Origin: a virus | DNA: 64,000 nucleotides | Strand: one strand, 5' to 3' | IMG/VR virus record: IMGVR_UViG_3300003155_000003 | Part shown: piece after piece, positions 1 to 9,387 of the stretch | Numbering within the stretch: position 1 is the stretch's first letter | Layout of the letters: the number at the start of each line of letters is the position of its first letter | Program-made: the position numbers and the translations under genes | Notes under the pieces: generated by a model | Told to the model about the DNA's origin: nothing | Database searches by the model: none | Seen by the model: only the letters and a program-made list of their open reading frames with translations

Positions 1-4
1 AGCA

Positions 5-700
5 ATGATTTACATTGGTGATTCAGTTCACTTACTTTCTAAAGTAACTAACCGTAACATAGAAAGAAATATGAAACGGTTAAGAGAATCAGATGATGAG
101 TGGGATAAAGACACTGCTCGTATAGTATTTGAATTTGATAGATGGAACAACTTTAGGATATTGCCTAAGATGTTACAGCAACCCTCTGCATTCAAGAGAC
201 GAGCAAATAAGAAGGACAAGATATATATCAAATATCTTCTTAACCGTATCCCAGAATGGATGCACACTAAATTAAGAGAAAGGTTTAAGTATAAAGTAAA
301 ACCCGGTAAAAAGAAATACTGGGTATGTTTGATATCAGAAGAATTATATACAGATGGCTACTTATTATTGCCCGTAAGACCTTTGCAAGAAGTTATTGAT
401 GAATTTAGTAGATTCTATATGTACGTATTTCCTACTAAGGACGATGCAGATACATTTGGTTTTATGGTATCCAAGTTTATGATTAAAACTGGTAGTGTAA
501 GGCTTGGACAAGGGTTCTGGCCTGAATACCGATGCTGCATTGAAAAAGCATTGAACTATAATCAAGTGAACAACATAGAATTCTCTGTTAAGAATTTAGA
601 CATGGCCTACAATCCTCATAAAACCAAAAGGGAAAAAAAAGCTAAATCTACCGGAGCCAAACGTATCGAGGATACCTCAGCTTTTTATAAAAAAGATTAG
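5..700 (+). CDS. hypothetical early protein (N-terminus may lie upstream of window)
   Basis: 231-aa ORF. The frame is open back to the window edge. Basic C-terminus, no recognisable motif. Confidence 0.5.
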   Translation: MIYIGDSVHLLSKVTNRNIERNMKRLRESDDEWDKDTARIVFEFDRWNNFRILPKMLQQPSAFKRRANKKDKIYIKYLLNRIPEWMHTKLRERFKYKVKPGKKKYWVCLISEELYTDGYLLLPVRPLQEVIDEFSRFYMYVFPTKDDADTFGFMVSKFMIKTGSVRLGQGFWPEYRCCIEKALNYNQVNNIEFSVKNLDMAYNPHKTKREKKAKSTGAKRIEDTSAFYKKD

Positions 701-738
701 AAAAGTATTTTTATATAAAATATTTATTCTTATATTTG
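674..738 (+). promoter_or_regulatory. early promoter P1 (CCTCAG box + TATATTTG -7 box)
   Basis: ACCTCAG at 674-680. TATATTTG at 731-738. ATG at 775. Confidence 0.65.
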
Positions 739-774
739 CAGAGAATTAATGAAAACAACAAATTTAATATAGAT

Positions 775-1347
775 ATGAAAAAGAAAAAGAATAAACCAGC
801 ACCTTCTAAAGAGAAAGCCAGTTTCCTTGGTCATGCAGGAAGAAACATGACCTACAGGGATTTAAAAAGAAAGGCTGTCATATTGGGAATGCCTTTTCCT
901 GATGCTTGTGCTGCAGGAATATTCGATTTAATTGGTTATATAGAAAGGTCAACCAACAAACCAGACAAATCATTAATTGACCAATATGATGATTGGATGG
1001 ATAAACAATTAGAGAACATAGGTTATTCAAAGGATGACCCATTAAGAAGTTCAAAGTTAAGGCTTGGGTTTCTCGGAGAAGAAGGAGAAAATGGGAAGAG
1101 GAGAAATAAAAGAGTTCCCGGGATAAAGAAGCCAAGAGAAAAAAAGCCACCGAGAGAAAGAGATGAATTTAATCTCATCAAGGGCACAAAGAAATCTTAT
1201 GTATGGTCATTAGTTTCAAAGGGTTATGATTTGGATAGAGTAACTCGGAGAATGAAAAAGAAATTCCCGGATGCAAATGATAAATCGATAACACTTTGGT
1301 TTAGAACTGCAAGGAGAAGTATAAATGGTAAAGTTAAAGGAGAGTAG
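775..1347 (+). CDS. hypothetical basic protein
   Basis: The track start at 736 is a TTG inside the -7 promoter box. The first ATG is 775 (MKKKKNKP...). K/R-rich. Confidence 0.55.
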   Translation: MKKKKNKPAPSKEKASFLGHAGRNMTYRDLKRKAVILGMPFPDACAAGIFDLIGYIERSTNKPDKSLIDQYDDWMDKQLENIGYSKDDPLRSSKLRLGFLGEEGENGKRRNKRVPGIKKPREKKPPRERDEFNLIKGTKKSYVWSLVSKGYDLDRVTRRMKKKFPDANDKSITLWFRTARRSINGKVKGE

Positions 1348-1894
1348 CAGGGAACCAATAAGGTCAGATAGATATTATATTTGGACTTGGAGACCAGATA
1401 CTACCAATAAGTATATTACCGAAAAGAAATTATATCGGAAACATCTTACAGGTATACCATACTTTACTAGATACCAAATAAAAAAGACTCTTACTTACAT
1501 GTATGGAGTTGATGTTCTTCAATATATTCATATTATATCTGGTAGAAAGCTCATTAGGCTGGGCATAAGACAATTATCAGATATGAATGGGAAGTTATTA
1601 AAACATGGTTCTACTAAATTCTGGTATAAGGGTAAATTAGTTAAGGCTAGAAAATTTATCATACCTGACGAATATAAATTAGATAAACATAGAAGACGAA
1701 GGTTCATGGTTCAAATGCACCGGGTATTTAAAAGTAAAGGGAAGGAGGCATTCAATGAAAGGTACTCACAAAAACTCTATGGACAACGGGAAGGCATATC
1801 TCCCCAGTATATCCGGAAGAAGAGAATACAAATCCGTTCTGCTATCTTACAGGATTTACAACAGGCTAAGTCAAGAGGAAAAGAATACATATAA
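1325..1894 (+). CDS. hypothetical basic protein
   Basis: 189-aa ORF on the same strand, with a 23-nt overlap with the upstream gene. Confidence 0.5.
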   Translation: MVKLKESSREPIRSDRYYIWTWRPDTTNKYITEKKLYRKHLTGIPYFTRYQIKKTLTYMYGVDVLQYIHIISGRKLIRLGIRQLSDMNGKLLKHGSTKFWYKGKLVKARKFIIPDEYKLDKHRRRRFMVQMHRVFKSKGKEAFNERYSQKLYGQREGISPQYIRKKRIQIRSAILQDLQQAKSRGKEYI

Positions 1895-1955
1895 TATTCT
1901 ATCCTTACAGTATCCACCTTTGGTAGGTTCATTGGCCCTCTATCTAAGAAAGAAA

Positions 1956-2303
1956 ATGAATATCCCAATGCATAAAGTACTATTTATCAAAGCACAGAGG
2001 GATATGATAGATATCTTTTATCAAGAATCCTTAAACCATTTAGGATGGGTTCCTAAAGAAAGATATCTGGTAAAAGCTTTAAGATTTCAAGGGTTTGTTC
2101 CTGCAAGCAAATATAAGATGCGAAGCAAATATGCCTACATCATGACCAACAGGATGCTAGAAAAAGAATATTGGGTATTTCCTATGAGACTAGCTGATAA
2201 CTATAAATCAATGCAAAATCCAAAATACAAATTCTATACGGAAGTATTTGGTAAAGCAGGTATTCCAGGTATAACTAAAATTAAATACAGTAATGGAGAC
2301 TAA
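1956..2303 (+). CDS. hypothetical protein
   Basis: Track ORF 1755..2303 overlaps the previous gene by 140 nt. The first ATG after that gene's stop is 1956 (MNIPMHK...). The true start is uncertain. Confidence 0.45.
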   Translation: MNIPMHKVLFIKAQRDMIDIFYQESLNHLGWVPKERYLVKALRFQGFVPASKYKMRSKYAYIMTNRMLEKEYWVFPMRLADNYKSMQNPKYKFYTEVFGKAGIPGITKIKYSNGD

Positions 2304-2532
2304 AAATAAGGTACCGGAAGTAAAGGTACACCAACCACTAAATCCATTCATGGGTAAAACCTTTAAGGTATTAACCTATAATGATGGTGACCAGGTAATT
2401 GATACCGAAACCGTAAATATAGAATCTCAAGAAGAATTAAAGACCCTTCTAGGAGAGATAAAACAATATAATTCTGAATATGCTTATCTAAGTAATTCGG
2501 AAAAGAAGTATAAGAAACTTATAACAGAGTGA
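2293..2532 (+). CDS. hypothetical protein
   Basis: 79-aa ORF, tightly packed on the same strand. Confidence 0.5.
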   Translation: METKNKVPEVKVHQPLNPFMGKTFKVLTYNDGDQVIDTETVNIESQEELKTLLGEIKQYNSEYAYLSNSEKKYKKLITE

Positions 2533-2570
2533 TATAACTATTGATTATTAACATTTTAAACATTACGAAA

Positions 2571-3086
2571 ATGGCTAAGAAAAAAGAAACCAAGAAAGAG
2601 TTGAAAGAAGTATCTCGTAAAGAGATTAACGGTGCAATCATTATCACCTACGAAGATGGTTCAGTAAAGATTATCCCGGCTCCTATTGTACTTTCGGCAG
2701 AAGAAGCCGCAGACCTTTTTGGTTCTGAAGATGCAGATGACGAAGATGAGGACGAAGAAGAGGAAGACGATGATGACTCGGATGATGAAGATGAAGATGA
2801 TTCCGATGAGGATGACGATGACTCTGATGAAGACGAGGACGAAGACGACGAAGATGATGAGGACGAAGAAGAGGAAGAAGAAGAACTGACCGGTGAAGAC
2901 CTTGCAGAAATGGACTTCGAAGAACTGGAAGATGTTTGCGACGACAAAGACCTTGAAACTGACCCGGACGACTTCGAAGAAGAAGACATTGAAAAACTTC
3001 GCAAGGCAATTGCCAAAGAATTGGGTCTCAAATTGCCGGCAGCAAAGAAAGAAGCCAAAGGGAAAGGTAAGAAAGGGAAAAAATAA
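2571..3086 (+). CDS. poly-Asp/Glu acidic protein (DNA-mimic or chaperone-like candidate)
   Basis: First ATG at 2571 (MAKKKETKK...). A central tract of about 65 residues is almost pure D/E with a few S, and the tail is K-rich (KGKGKKGKK). Codon usage is rich in CCG, CGT and GAC, like the capsid gene. Confidence 0.7.
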   Translation: MAKKKETKKELKEVSRKEINGAIIITYEDGSVKIIPAPIVLSAEEAADLFGSEDADDEDEDEEEEDDDDSDDEDEDDSDEDDDDSDEDEDEDDEDDEDEEEEEEELTGEDLAEMDFEELEDVCDDKDLETDPDDFEEEDIEKLRKAIAKELGLKLPAAKKEAKGKGKKGKK

Positions 3087-3179
3087 TCTATTACCTTTCA
3101 AAGGTTATGAAGGTTGGGCTAAAGCAATAGCCCACCTTTACCAGAAATCTAATTCTATTAATTAAATAAACTAAAAGTT

Positions 3180-3560
3180 ATGGCAACTAAGAAAAAAGAA
3201 GACTCTAAGAAAAAGGGTACAGAGAAAGTAAAGGACGAAGCTAAAGAAGCAAAACGTAAAGCAAGAATGGAAGCCTTGAAAAATCGTCCTGCAGAACAAC
3301 GCCCCAACAGCAAACAGATTGATGTTATCAAAATCAACGAAAAATCCGAAGTTCGCAATTACGGTTATGCAGTAAAGAACAAAGAAGGCTATCAGGGAGT
3401 AGTGGTAACATCGGTTCTGGTCATCGAGGGAAAACCCACAACCACATCAGTGACTTTCGTTCCGGGTAATTTAACCGTTAAGTCTAAAAAGGGACACGGA
3501 ATCATTTGCAATCCGAAGTCTAAAAAAGACAAAGAGGAAGCAGGAGATTCCGAAGATTAA
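3180..3560 (+). CDS. hypothetical protein with Lys-rich N-terminus
   Basis: 126-aa ORF. The N-terminal 45 residues are K/E/A-rich. Codon usage resembles the capsid gene. A hairpin follows at 3629-3659. Confidence 0.65.
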   Translation: MATKKKEDSKKKGTEKVKDEAKEAKRKARMEALKNRPAEQRPNSKQIDVIKINEKSEVRNYGYAVKNKEGYQGVVVTSVLVIEGKPTTTSVTFVPGNLTVKSKKGHGIICNPKSKKDKEEAGDSED

Positions 3561-3628
3561 CGGACTCATATAGCGAGTACATCGCTAATGGTTTGCATAG
3601 TTTATTAGTATTTCAAAAATTACACCGG

Positions 3629-3669
3629 AAGCCAATTGCCTGGGATAGGTAGTTGGCTTTATTTATTTT
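3629..3669 (+). terminator. hairpin + T-rich tail
   Basis: AAGCCAA at 3629-3635 pairs with TTGGCTT at 3653-3659, followed by TATTTATTTT. Confidence 0.5.
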
Positions 3670-3670
3670 A

Positions 3671-3901
3671 ATGCCCATGGAATCATACAAAAATGATATC
3701 AGAAAGAATATTACTATCCTCGCATTGGATAATCTTATTCAGAATTATACTAATGCACTAGAAGATAAGAATATGAACCCTCCCTTATCAAACGAAGAAA
3801 GGGAATTAGCTGATTTAATAATTAAAGAGGCTAAAGAGATGCTAACGGAAATTGCTGTAGAAAATACTAACCATATAATACCGAGACCAAAATGGAAATG
3901 A
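3671..3901 (+). CDS. hypothetical protein
   Basis: The track start at 3653 lies inside the terminator stem. The first ATG is 3671 (MPMESYK...). Confidence 0.5.
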   Translation: MPMESYKNDIRKNITILALDNLIQNYTNALEDKNMNPPLSNEERELADLIIKEAKEMLTEIAVENTNHIIPRPKWK

Positions 3902-4272
3902 CAGTAAGAGACATTATTCAAACTCTACAACAGTTAATCAAGGATAGAGACTTCACTATCTATCAATTACAAGTTGCTCAGAGACAAGGTAAGAGAGGAT
4001 ATGCCCAAAAATATGCTATTCACTTAAAATATGTTAAGAATCGGATTAAAGACCTCTCTGATAAATTAGAGAAGAAACTAAAAGGCACTATCTCTACCGT
4101 TAAGTACTGTTATCATAACGGATGTGGTGGATTGGTTACTGTAGAACAAGAATTTGTGAATCTATCTGAACAAGAGATACGAGATATAATGGAAGTTCAG
4201 GCCATTATACATAAAATGGATATAACTATCCTAGAAATTAAAGAAATCTCCACTCAGGTTAGGATTATATAA
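3892..4272 (+). CDS. hypothetical protein
   Basis: 126-aa ORF with a 10-nt overlap with the upstream gene. Confidence 0.5.
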   Translation: MEMTVRDIIQTLQQLIKDRDFTIYQLQVAQRQGKRGYAQKYAIHLKYVKNRIKDLSDKLEKKLKGTISTVKYCYHNGCGGLVTVEQEFVNLSEQEIRDIMEVQAIIHKMDITILEIKEISTQVRII

Positions 4273-4321
4273 CTATGGATAATTACTAAGGAAAATTTTA
4301 ATCCACTTAAAAATTAAAGAC

Positions 4322-4867
4322 ATGAAGAAAGACAAGAAGAAGGCTAAACCGGTTAATAAGACTCCGGAGCTTTCAAAAGCAAAAAAGGCATTGGATGCTT
4401 ATCTTAAAGAAAACAAGTTGGACCCTCAAAAGGATTGGACCAAAGACAAGAAACACGGTAAGAAGGTTACCGAGCTTGTTAACAAGCTCAACAAGGAACG
4501 GGACAAAGTCGCTGCCGAATATCCTGAAAAGGATTTGAAGAATGAGGCTAAACTCGTTAAGATGAAAGAGAAGAAGAATGCCGAAAAGACTGAAAAGAAA
4601 AAAGAGAAGAAGGAAAAAGCTTCTTCAGGTAGAACGGTAACGAAATACGATTATCCTCTCATCGATGGTCGGGAAATGACTTCCGATGAAAAGAAAAAAT
4701 ATCGTACCGAACAAAGAAGACTCGCTGCTGGCAAAGCTCCAAAGGAAGAAAAACCGAAAGAGGAGAAAACCAAGAAGGTAAAGAAGGAAGAAAAAGAGGT
4801 TCCGGCAAAGAAGGACAAAAAGGCCAAAGACAAAAAGAAAAAGAAGGCCGTCAAAGAAGAGGATTAA
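4322..4867 (+). CDS. highly charged K/E-rich protein (histone-H1-like composition)
   Basis: 181 aa, dominated by K, E and D with KKEKK runs. CCG/CGT codon usage. A strong terminator follows at 4902-4944. Confidence 0.65.
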   Translation: MKKDKKKAKPVNKTPELSKAKKALDAYLKENKLDPQKDWTKDKKHGKKVTELVNKLNKERDKVAAEYPEKDLKNEAKLVKMKEKKNAEKTEKKKEKKEKASSGRTVTKYDYPLIDGREMTSDEKKKYRTEQRRLAAGKAPKEEKPKEEKTKKVKKEEKEVPAKKDKKAKDKKKKKAVKEED

Positions 4868-4901
4868 TTCCATAATCGATATAAATATTCGTTAATGATG
4901 T

Positions 4902-4944
4902 AAAGGCCTGAGTATTCCCATAGTACTTGGGCCTTTTTCTTTTA
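4902..4944 (+). terminator. rho-independent terminator
   Basis: AAAGGCC...GGCCTTT stem with an extended imperfect pairing, followed by TTTTTCTTTT. Confidence 0.7.
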
Positions 4945-4957
4945 AAAGATTAAATAC

Positions 4958-5824
4958 ATGGAAGAAAAAATATATAAACCCAAACTTCGTATCACAACTC
5001 TCGAGGAAAATGGCTCCTACATTCAAGATAGATTGGTAGATGCCTATACCGAGATGAATTCAGGTCCTAAGGTACAACATAATGGACCTATAAGAATAGA
5101 AGTTACTCTTACTTGTAAACACGATGTAGAGAACTTTAAGACTTACTTAGATAGATTGGTAGGTAACCTACCTATCAAAGAACAATCCGTAGGCAGAGGT
5201 AGACCTTCAACTGGCAGTAAGCAATTAACTGAATCACCAAGAGAAGACATACTGGCAGATGTAGAGAAAATGGTGAATGAAGGAAAGAGCCAACAAGAGA
5301 TTATTAAGTATCTAAGGGAATTAGGATTTGTCTTTATTCTTACAGAAGACTTTCTTTTTCACTTTCCAGGATTTGAGTTCAATCTTAAGGACGTGGGAGA
5401 AGCAACGGATAATAAACAATATCCGAATTCGTACTCTTGGATGGCAAGATGTATCAAACGAGCAAAGGACCCCAAAGCAGATAAATTTGACCCAATGGTC
5501 ATCTTCGGTTTCAGCATCCTTGGTGGACCCTCAAAGAAAATTATTCCATACCTATATAAGGAAAGGAAGAAACCGTTAAGGGCCTCTGTTGGTAAAAAGA
5601 CCATCTCCTTCTCTCAAGCAGAATTCACTAAGTTCCCAAAATATCAACTTGAAGAAGAACGATTGAAATTCTCTGCCGAGATGAGGCAATTAATGACCAA
5701 CCCAGAAAAGAAGCCTTCAAAATTCTTTTTACGTTGGGCACCAGATGTACTGTTATCTCCTAATGCCTATGAGTCTCTTAAGAGATTAAATATTAAGTTT
5801 GCAAATGACCACCCAAAAGGATAA
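4958..5824 (+). CDS. hypothetical protein
   Basis: 288-aa ORF with no recognisable motif. Confidence 0.6.
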   Translation: MEEKIYKPKLRITTLEENGSYIQDRLVDAYTEMNSGPKVQHNGPIRIEVTLTCKHDVENFKTYLDRLVGNLPIKEQSVGRGRPSTGSKQLTESPREDILADVEKMVNEGKSQQEIIKYLRELGFVFILTEDFLFHFPGFEFNLKDVGEATDNKQYPNSYSWMARCIKRAKDPKADKFDPMVIFGFSILGGPSKKIIPYLYKERKKPLRASVGKKTISFSQAEFTKFPKYQLEEERLKFSAEMRQLMTNPEKKPSKFFLRWAPDVLLSPNAYESLKRLNIKFANDHPKG

Positions 5825-5856
5825 CCCATCTAGGTTTACCATACTAAAGATCCTCA

Positions 5857-5910
5857 ACCTCAGTTTATTATAAAAGTGTATTATTATATAAAATAAAATT
5901 CTTATATTTG
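5857..5910 (+). promoter_or_regulatory. early promoter P2
   Basis: ACCTCAG at 5857-5863. TATATTTG at 5903-5910. ATG at 5932. Confidence 0.65.
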
Positions 5911-5931
5911 TATAACGAAAAATTTAATAAA

Positions 5932-6291
5932 ATGGATTTAGAAACCAAAGAGGTAGTAAAGAACATTGCTCAGATTCAAATTGAGGCTCTTACTAATATC
6001 CTTAACAACCTGGATAATACAGAACCCGATTTACTCAGAAAGTTATTACAGATAACCGATGACGATATTAGGGAATCATTAATTGCCCACATCCAGGTTT
6101 ACAAAGAAATATTGGAAATGCCTCAATTGATAAAAACCTTACCTGAATACCAGTTATTCGTTTGCTCCCACATTCTATTCAGAATGGAAGACGAATGGAT
6201 ACCTGATAATTCTCAAGGAGTATATGGGACATGGGCTTTACTCCAAACGGAAACAAAGAAATTCCATCCGGAACTAACACTAATATTTTAA
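5932..6291 (+). CDS. hypothetical protein
   Basis: The track start at 5908 is the TTG of the -7 box. The first ATG is 5932 (MDLETKE...). Confidence 0.55.
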   Translation: MDLETKEVVKNIAQIQIEALTNILNNLDNTEPDLLRKLLQITDDDIRESLIAHIQVYKEILEMPQLIKTLPEYQLFVCSHILFRMEDEWIPDNSQGVYGTWALLQTETKKFHPELTLIF

Positions 6292-6298
6292 TTTAATT

Positions 6299-6565
6299 AT
6301 GGACAAGAACGAATATTTAGAAGCAGTTGAATTGAACACTGGAGTTGAAATGATTCCTTGCGAATCATCTAACATTGAAGGCTATGGCTATGACTCCAAG
6401 AATAAACAGTTATGGGTTGCTTTCAAAAACAACAAAGTTTATCGTTATGATGGTGTACCTCACGAAGTCTGCAACGAATTACACTTAGCAGAATCCAAGG
6501 GTAAATACGTTTCTTCTAACATCAGGAATAAATTTAAAACTACAGGCTATGAACTCAGGTCTTAA
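6299..6565 (+). CDS. KTSC domain-containing protein
   Basis: IEGYGYDSKNKQLWVAFKNNKVYRYDGVPHEVCNELHLAESKGKYVSSNIRNKF matches the KTSC pattern as I recall it: Y-D...L.V.F..G..Y.Y.gVP...y..l..a.SkG.y....I. Confidence 0.6.
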   Translation: MDKNEYLEAVELNTGVEMIPCESSNIEGYGYDSKNKQLWVAFKNNKVYRYDGVPHEVCNELHLAESKGKYVSSNIRNKFKTTGYELRS

Positions 6566-7115
6566 AAAATTACCCATCATAGGGCTAGCAGGATTTATCT
6601 TAATCGGGATAGCTTTTGGCTCAAAACCTAAAGCTACATCGAACGAGGCAAATCCTGCTTCGTTGTTCTGGGCAGGTTTACCTACACCAGAATCTCAAGG
6701 TTATAATATAACCTTTGAATCGGAACCTAATCAACCCAAATCATTGAAGGACTCCATTAAAGAGATGGCAAATAGGTTGGGTAAAAGAATCTACGAATAT
6801 ATTGTAGAAACAGAAATAATCCCAGAGAATCAAATCTACCAGATAAGTAATTCTGGATACCAGCAATATGAAGTAACTAGAAAGGGAGTAGGTTATTCCT
6901 ATACTGTAGTTAAATTTTATACAGATAAGAAACTAACCTATCAGGATGCAATTAAATATGCCGAAAGACATCCAGAACATTGCATACCTATAATTCCTAC
7001 ACCTAAAGAGAAAAGCGAACTAGATTATTACAACGAGAACCTGGACGAATACCTTTCAGACCCAGAGAATGAAATTGATTTTGTACCAGAGATCTTCGAC
7101 TTCCTATCTGATTAA
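6549..7115 (+). CDS. membrane-anchored or secreted hypothetical protein
   Basis: N-terminal hydrophobic segment LPIIGLAGFILIGIAFG followed by a hydrophilic domain. Confidence 0.55.
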   Translation: MNSGLKKLPIIGLAGFILIGIAFGSKPKATSNEANPASLFWAGLPTPESQGYNITFESEPNQPKSLKDSIKEMANRLGKRIYEYIVETEIIPENQIYQISNSGYQQYEVTRKGVGYSYTVVKFYTDKKLTYQDAIKYAERHPEHCIPIIPTPKEKSELDYYNENLDEYLSDPENEIDFVPEIFDFLSD

Positions 7116-7178
7116 CCTCAGCTATTGAAAAATAAATAATAAATTTGTTTGCTATTAAAAATAAAGTTTTTATATTTG
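7115..7178 (+). promoter_or_regulatory. early promoter P3
   Basis: ACCTCAG at 7115-7121. TTTG -33-like box near 7144. TATATTTGCAATGTGATAAT from 7171. Confidence 0.7.
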
Positions 7179-7224
7179 CAATGTGATAATTAATTAACTA
7201 TTTAATCATTTTAATATAGACATT

Positions 7225-7716
7225 ATGAAAAAGAATGAATCAAAGGTTGCTAACCTTATCAGTAACAAAGTTGCTCAACAGTTAGAAGGAATTAAGGATG
7301 CTACATCCAAGTCTAAAACTCCAAAAGCCAAAAAGACTAAGGCTCAATTGGTAGAGGCATCAAAGGATGCTGCTAAGGAATTTGCCGATGCCAAATTGGT
7401 TCCACTTAAATCCGAAGACCAAACCTTAAAAGGTAAATCCAAAAAGGAACAGGTTATCAAGGAAGTCGAAAAACAACAGAAACCATCCATTATCGAAAAG
7501 GTAATCTCAAATCGGGAAGTAAAATACGTATACCCAGAGGATATCACCGATACCCTGGCCCGGAAGAAATGGAGACAACAAACTCGTAATGAACTTCATA
7601 GACTTGAACGGGAAATGTTCCGTATCAAGGACCAAAACTCCAAGGAGTTCAAGAAAGCTGCCAAAGCTTATGAGGACTTTCGTAATAAGGTTCTCAAACC
7701 AGAACAAGTTGCATAG
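7225..7716 (+). CDS. Lys-rich hypothetical protein
   Basis: 163-aa ORF 47 nt downstream of promoter box 7171-7178. K-rich, with CGT/CGG codons. Confidence 0.6.
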   Translation: MKKNESKVANLISNKVAQQLEGIKDATSKSKTPKAKKTKAQLVEASKDAAKEFADAKLVPLKSEDQTLKGKSKKEQVIKEVEKQQKPSIIEKVISNREVKYVYPEDITDTLARKKWRQQTRNELHRLEREMFRIKDQNSKEFKKAAKAYEDFRNKVLKPEQVA

Positions 7717-7811
7717 ATATTATCTTTCAAGGAAGTCATGCTTAGTTCCTTAGGTTTACCAGAGCCTCCCGGATTAAGTTATGGCTTCCTTTCACCATTA
7801 ATACTCGTATA

Positions 7812-8114
7812 ATGGATTATACTATATTCTCCGCCAAGGAGATGTTAAAGCAGGACAAGGAATTAGTGGAGTTACATAAGAGATGCGTAAAAACATATCT
7901 AGTGCAACGTTCACTAAAGCATGCTAAGATTAAGAAGTTCTTTATTGTATACGACTGGTATATTAATCCCAGTAACGTGAGGAATTTCTTTTTCAGGCCA
8001 GTACATTTATTTGTGCAGGCATTACTCTTGGGACAATTAGACGAAATATCAGATTACATAGAAAAAGACAACAATGGTAAGAAACGTAAGAAAAGAAGAC
8101 ATAGAAAAGGTTGA
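7812..8114 (+). CDS. hypothetical protein
   Basis: 100-aa ORF with a basic tail, KKRKKRRHRKG. Confidence 0.45.
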   Translation: MDYTIFSAKEMLKQDKELVELHKRCVKTYLVQRSLKHAKIKKFFIVYDWYINPSNVRNFFFRPVHLFVQALLLGQLDEISDYIEKDNNGKKRKKRRHRKG

Positions 8115-8382
8115 TGTAGAATACATCAAAGGTAAATACCAGTATAAAAAATCCTATGGTACCATCAGTAGAAAGAACCATAAAATCCTTTTCTCTGGTC
8201 CAGTAGTTGATTTACAACCTGCATTAGAGAATATCCGGTTATTGGTAAGGACTCCAGAAAACCGAATCTCTACTGAATCTCGGAGAAAACTAAAGGCTCT
8301 TGAAGAAAAGGCTTCCAACCTTAATAACTTCAAGGACCAAGGTATAACCCACATAATCATATACAGATGTTTGGAAATATAG
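8074..8382 (+). CDS. hypothetical protein
   Basis: 102-aa ORF with a 41-nt overlap with the upstream ORF. The start is uncertain. Confidence 0.45.
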   Translation: MVRNVRKEDIEKVDVEYIKGKYQYKKSYGTISRKNHKILFSGPVVDLQPALENIRLLVRTPENRISTESRRKLKALEEKASNLNNFKDQGITHIIIYRCLEI

Positions 8383-8720
8383 TCAAGGACCTATACATAG
8401 GTAAATCAAAGTTGATAATAAAATGTAATCAAAGAGAATTACCGCAAACCACCTTAGTAATGGATGTATTACAACCTACAGGTTTTACTGGTAATATGCC
8501 AGATTATGGTACTTATGGTAATTTACTTACTACCGGTGAGTTTGAAATAACTCCTGTGATGCCTAAACATAGACTTTATGTTACGGGTATACCAAAAGGG
8601 GCAATCCTTGATAATTTTCGGATTAGAAGGGTTTATTGGTCCTCATACTATGAGGATGATATAAGGGGATACTTATTTCAGATAACTGATGAATATCCTA
8701 AGTTGATAATTGCAAAATAA
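8367..8720 (+). CDS. hypothetical protein
   Basis: 117-aa ORF on the same strand. Confidence 0.5.
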   Translation: MFGNIVKDLYIGKSKLIIKCNQRELPQTTLVMDVLQPTGFTGNMPDYGTYGNLLTTGEFEITPVMPKHRLYVTGIPKGAILDNFRIRRVYWSSYYEDDIRGYLFQITDEYPKLIIAK

Positions 8721-8726
8721 AGTTAT

Positions 8727-9146
8727 ATGGAAGCAATAGATTACGTTAAACAGTTTAAACTCGACCAAGAGAATTATGACTTTAAAAGGGAAGAGTTTAT
8801 TTCCGAACTTGGTAAAGAGTTTCTAGAATATTGCCAAACGACTACCATTGGCATTAACTCGGAGACCAAGCATATATATTATTACCGGTTCAGGGAAATA
8901 GTAAAGAATTTCCAAGAGAAGTTCTGGAGTATTTCAAAGCTAAAGATAGGAGAACCATTCTCGGAGAAGTTATGGAATGCCTTCTTTGCAACCCAGGTAG
9001 TTCCTTTAAGGAAAAAGTTATTCCCCGATATTCAGAAATTTATTGAGGAAAGGAAAAGGAATAACCTTGATAAACAAGACAAATTACCATTGGACCTTAA
9101 AAAAGGTAATTATGGCAAAAGAAATCCTAGACCTACACGGAAATAA
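8727..9146 (+). CDS. hypothetical protein
   Basis: 139-aa ORF on the same strand. Confidence 0.5.
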   Translation: MEAIDYVKQFKLDQENYDFKREEFISELGKEFLEYCQTTTIGINSETKHIYYYRFREIVKNFQEKFWSISKLKIGEPFSEKLWNAFFATQVVPLRKKLFPDIQKFIEERKRNNLDKQDKLPLDLKKGNYGKRNPRPTRK

Positions 9147-9387
9147 ATTTAAGGTAGGAGATTATAAACTTAGCCTTGAAATTCCGATAGGTAAATGTAA
9201 TAAATTAATATTCACCCGGGACCACATCTCGGGTGAAACCTTTAATTTGTTTGTGAAAGGTAAAATCTATAAGGCCTATTTCTATAACCTTAGCATTAAC
9301 TGTTATGTATGTTATAAACTAGAGCTGGTAGGTTATGATGAATCTAAAGATATAAGAAAGGCTTATTTGTATGGCAAAAGAAGATAA
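9112..9387 (+). CDS. hypothetical protein
   Basis: Track ORF 9043..9387. The internal ATG at 9112 (MAKEILDLHG...) reduces the overlap with the upstream gene to 35 nt. Confidence 0.45.
   Translation: MAKEILDLHGNKFKVGDYKLSLEIPIGKCNKLIFTRDHISGETFNLFVKGKIYKAYFYNLSINCYVCYKLELVGYDESKDIRKAYLYGKRR

Noticed and set aside
1755-1955. A 140-nt overlap of ORFs 1325-1894 and 1755-2303, considered as a possible programmed frameshift or overprinted gene.
   Set aside because: No slippery heptamer lies in the overlap. A simple internal ATG at 1956, just after the upstream stop, explains the downstream gene.
2648-3101. Four long ORFs on both strands overlapping the poly-D/E gene. They include a poly-Ser ORF at 2648-3058 (minus strand), a Phe/Ile-rich ORF at 2661-3101 (minus strand), an ORF at 2683-3009 (minus strand) and an ORF at 2686-2889 (plus strand).
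   Set aside because: They are alternative-frame readings of the GAN/GAA repeat tract (GAT/GAA/GAC gives TCx/TTC on the other strand). They have no independent start context, and low-complexity shadow ORFs are expected here.
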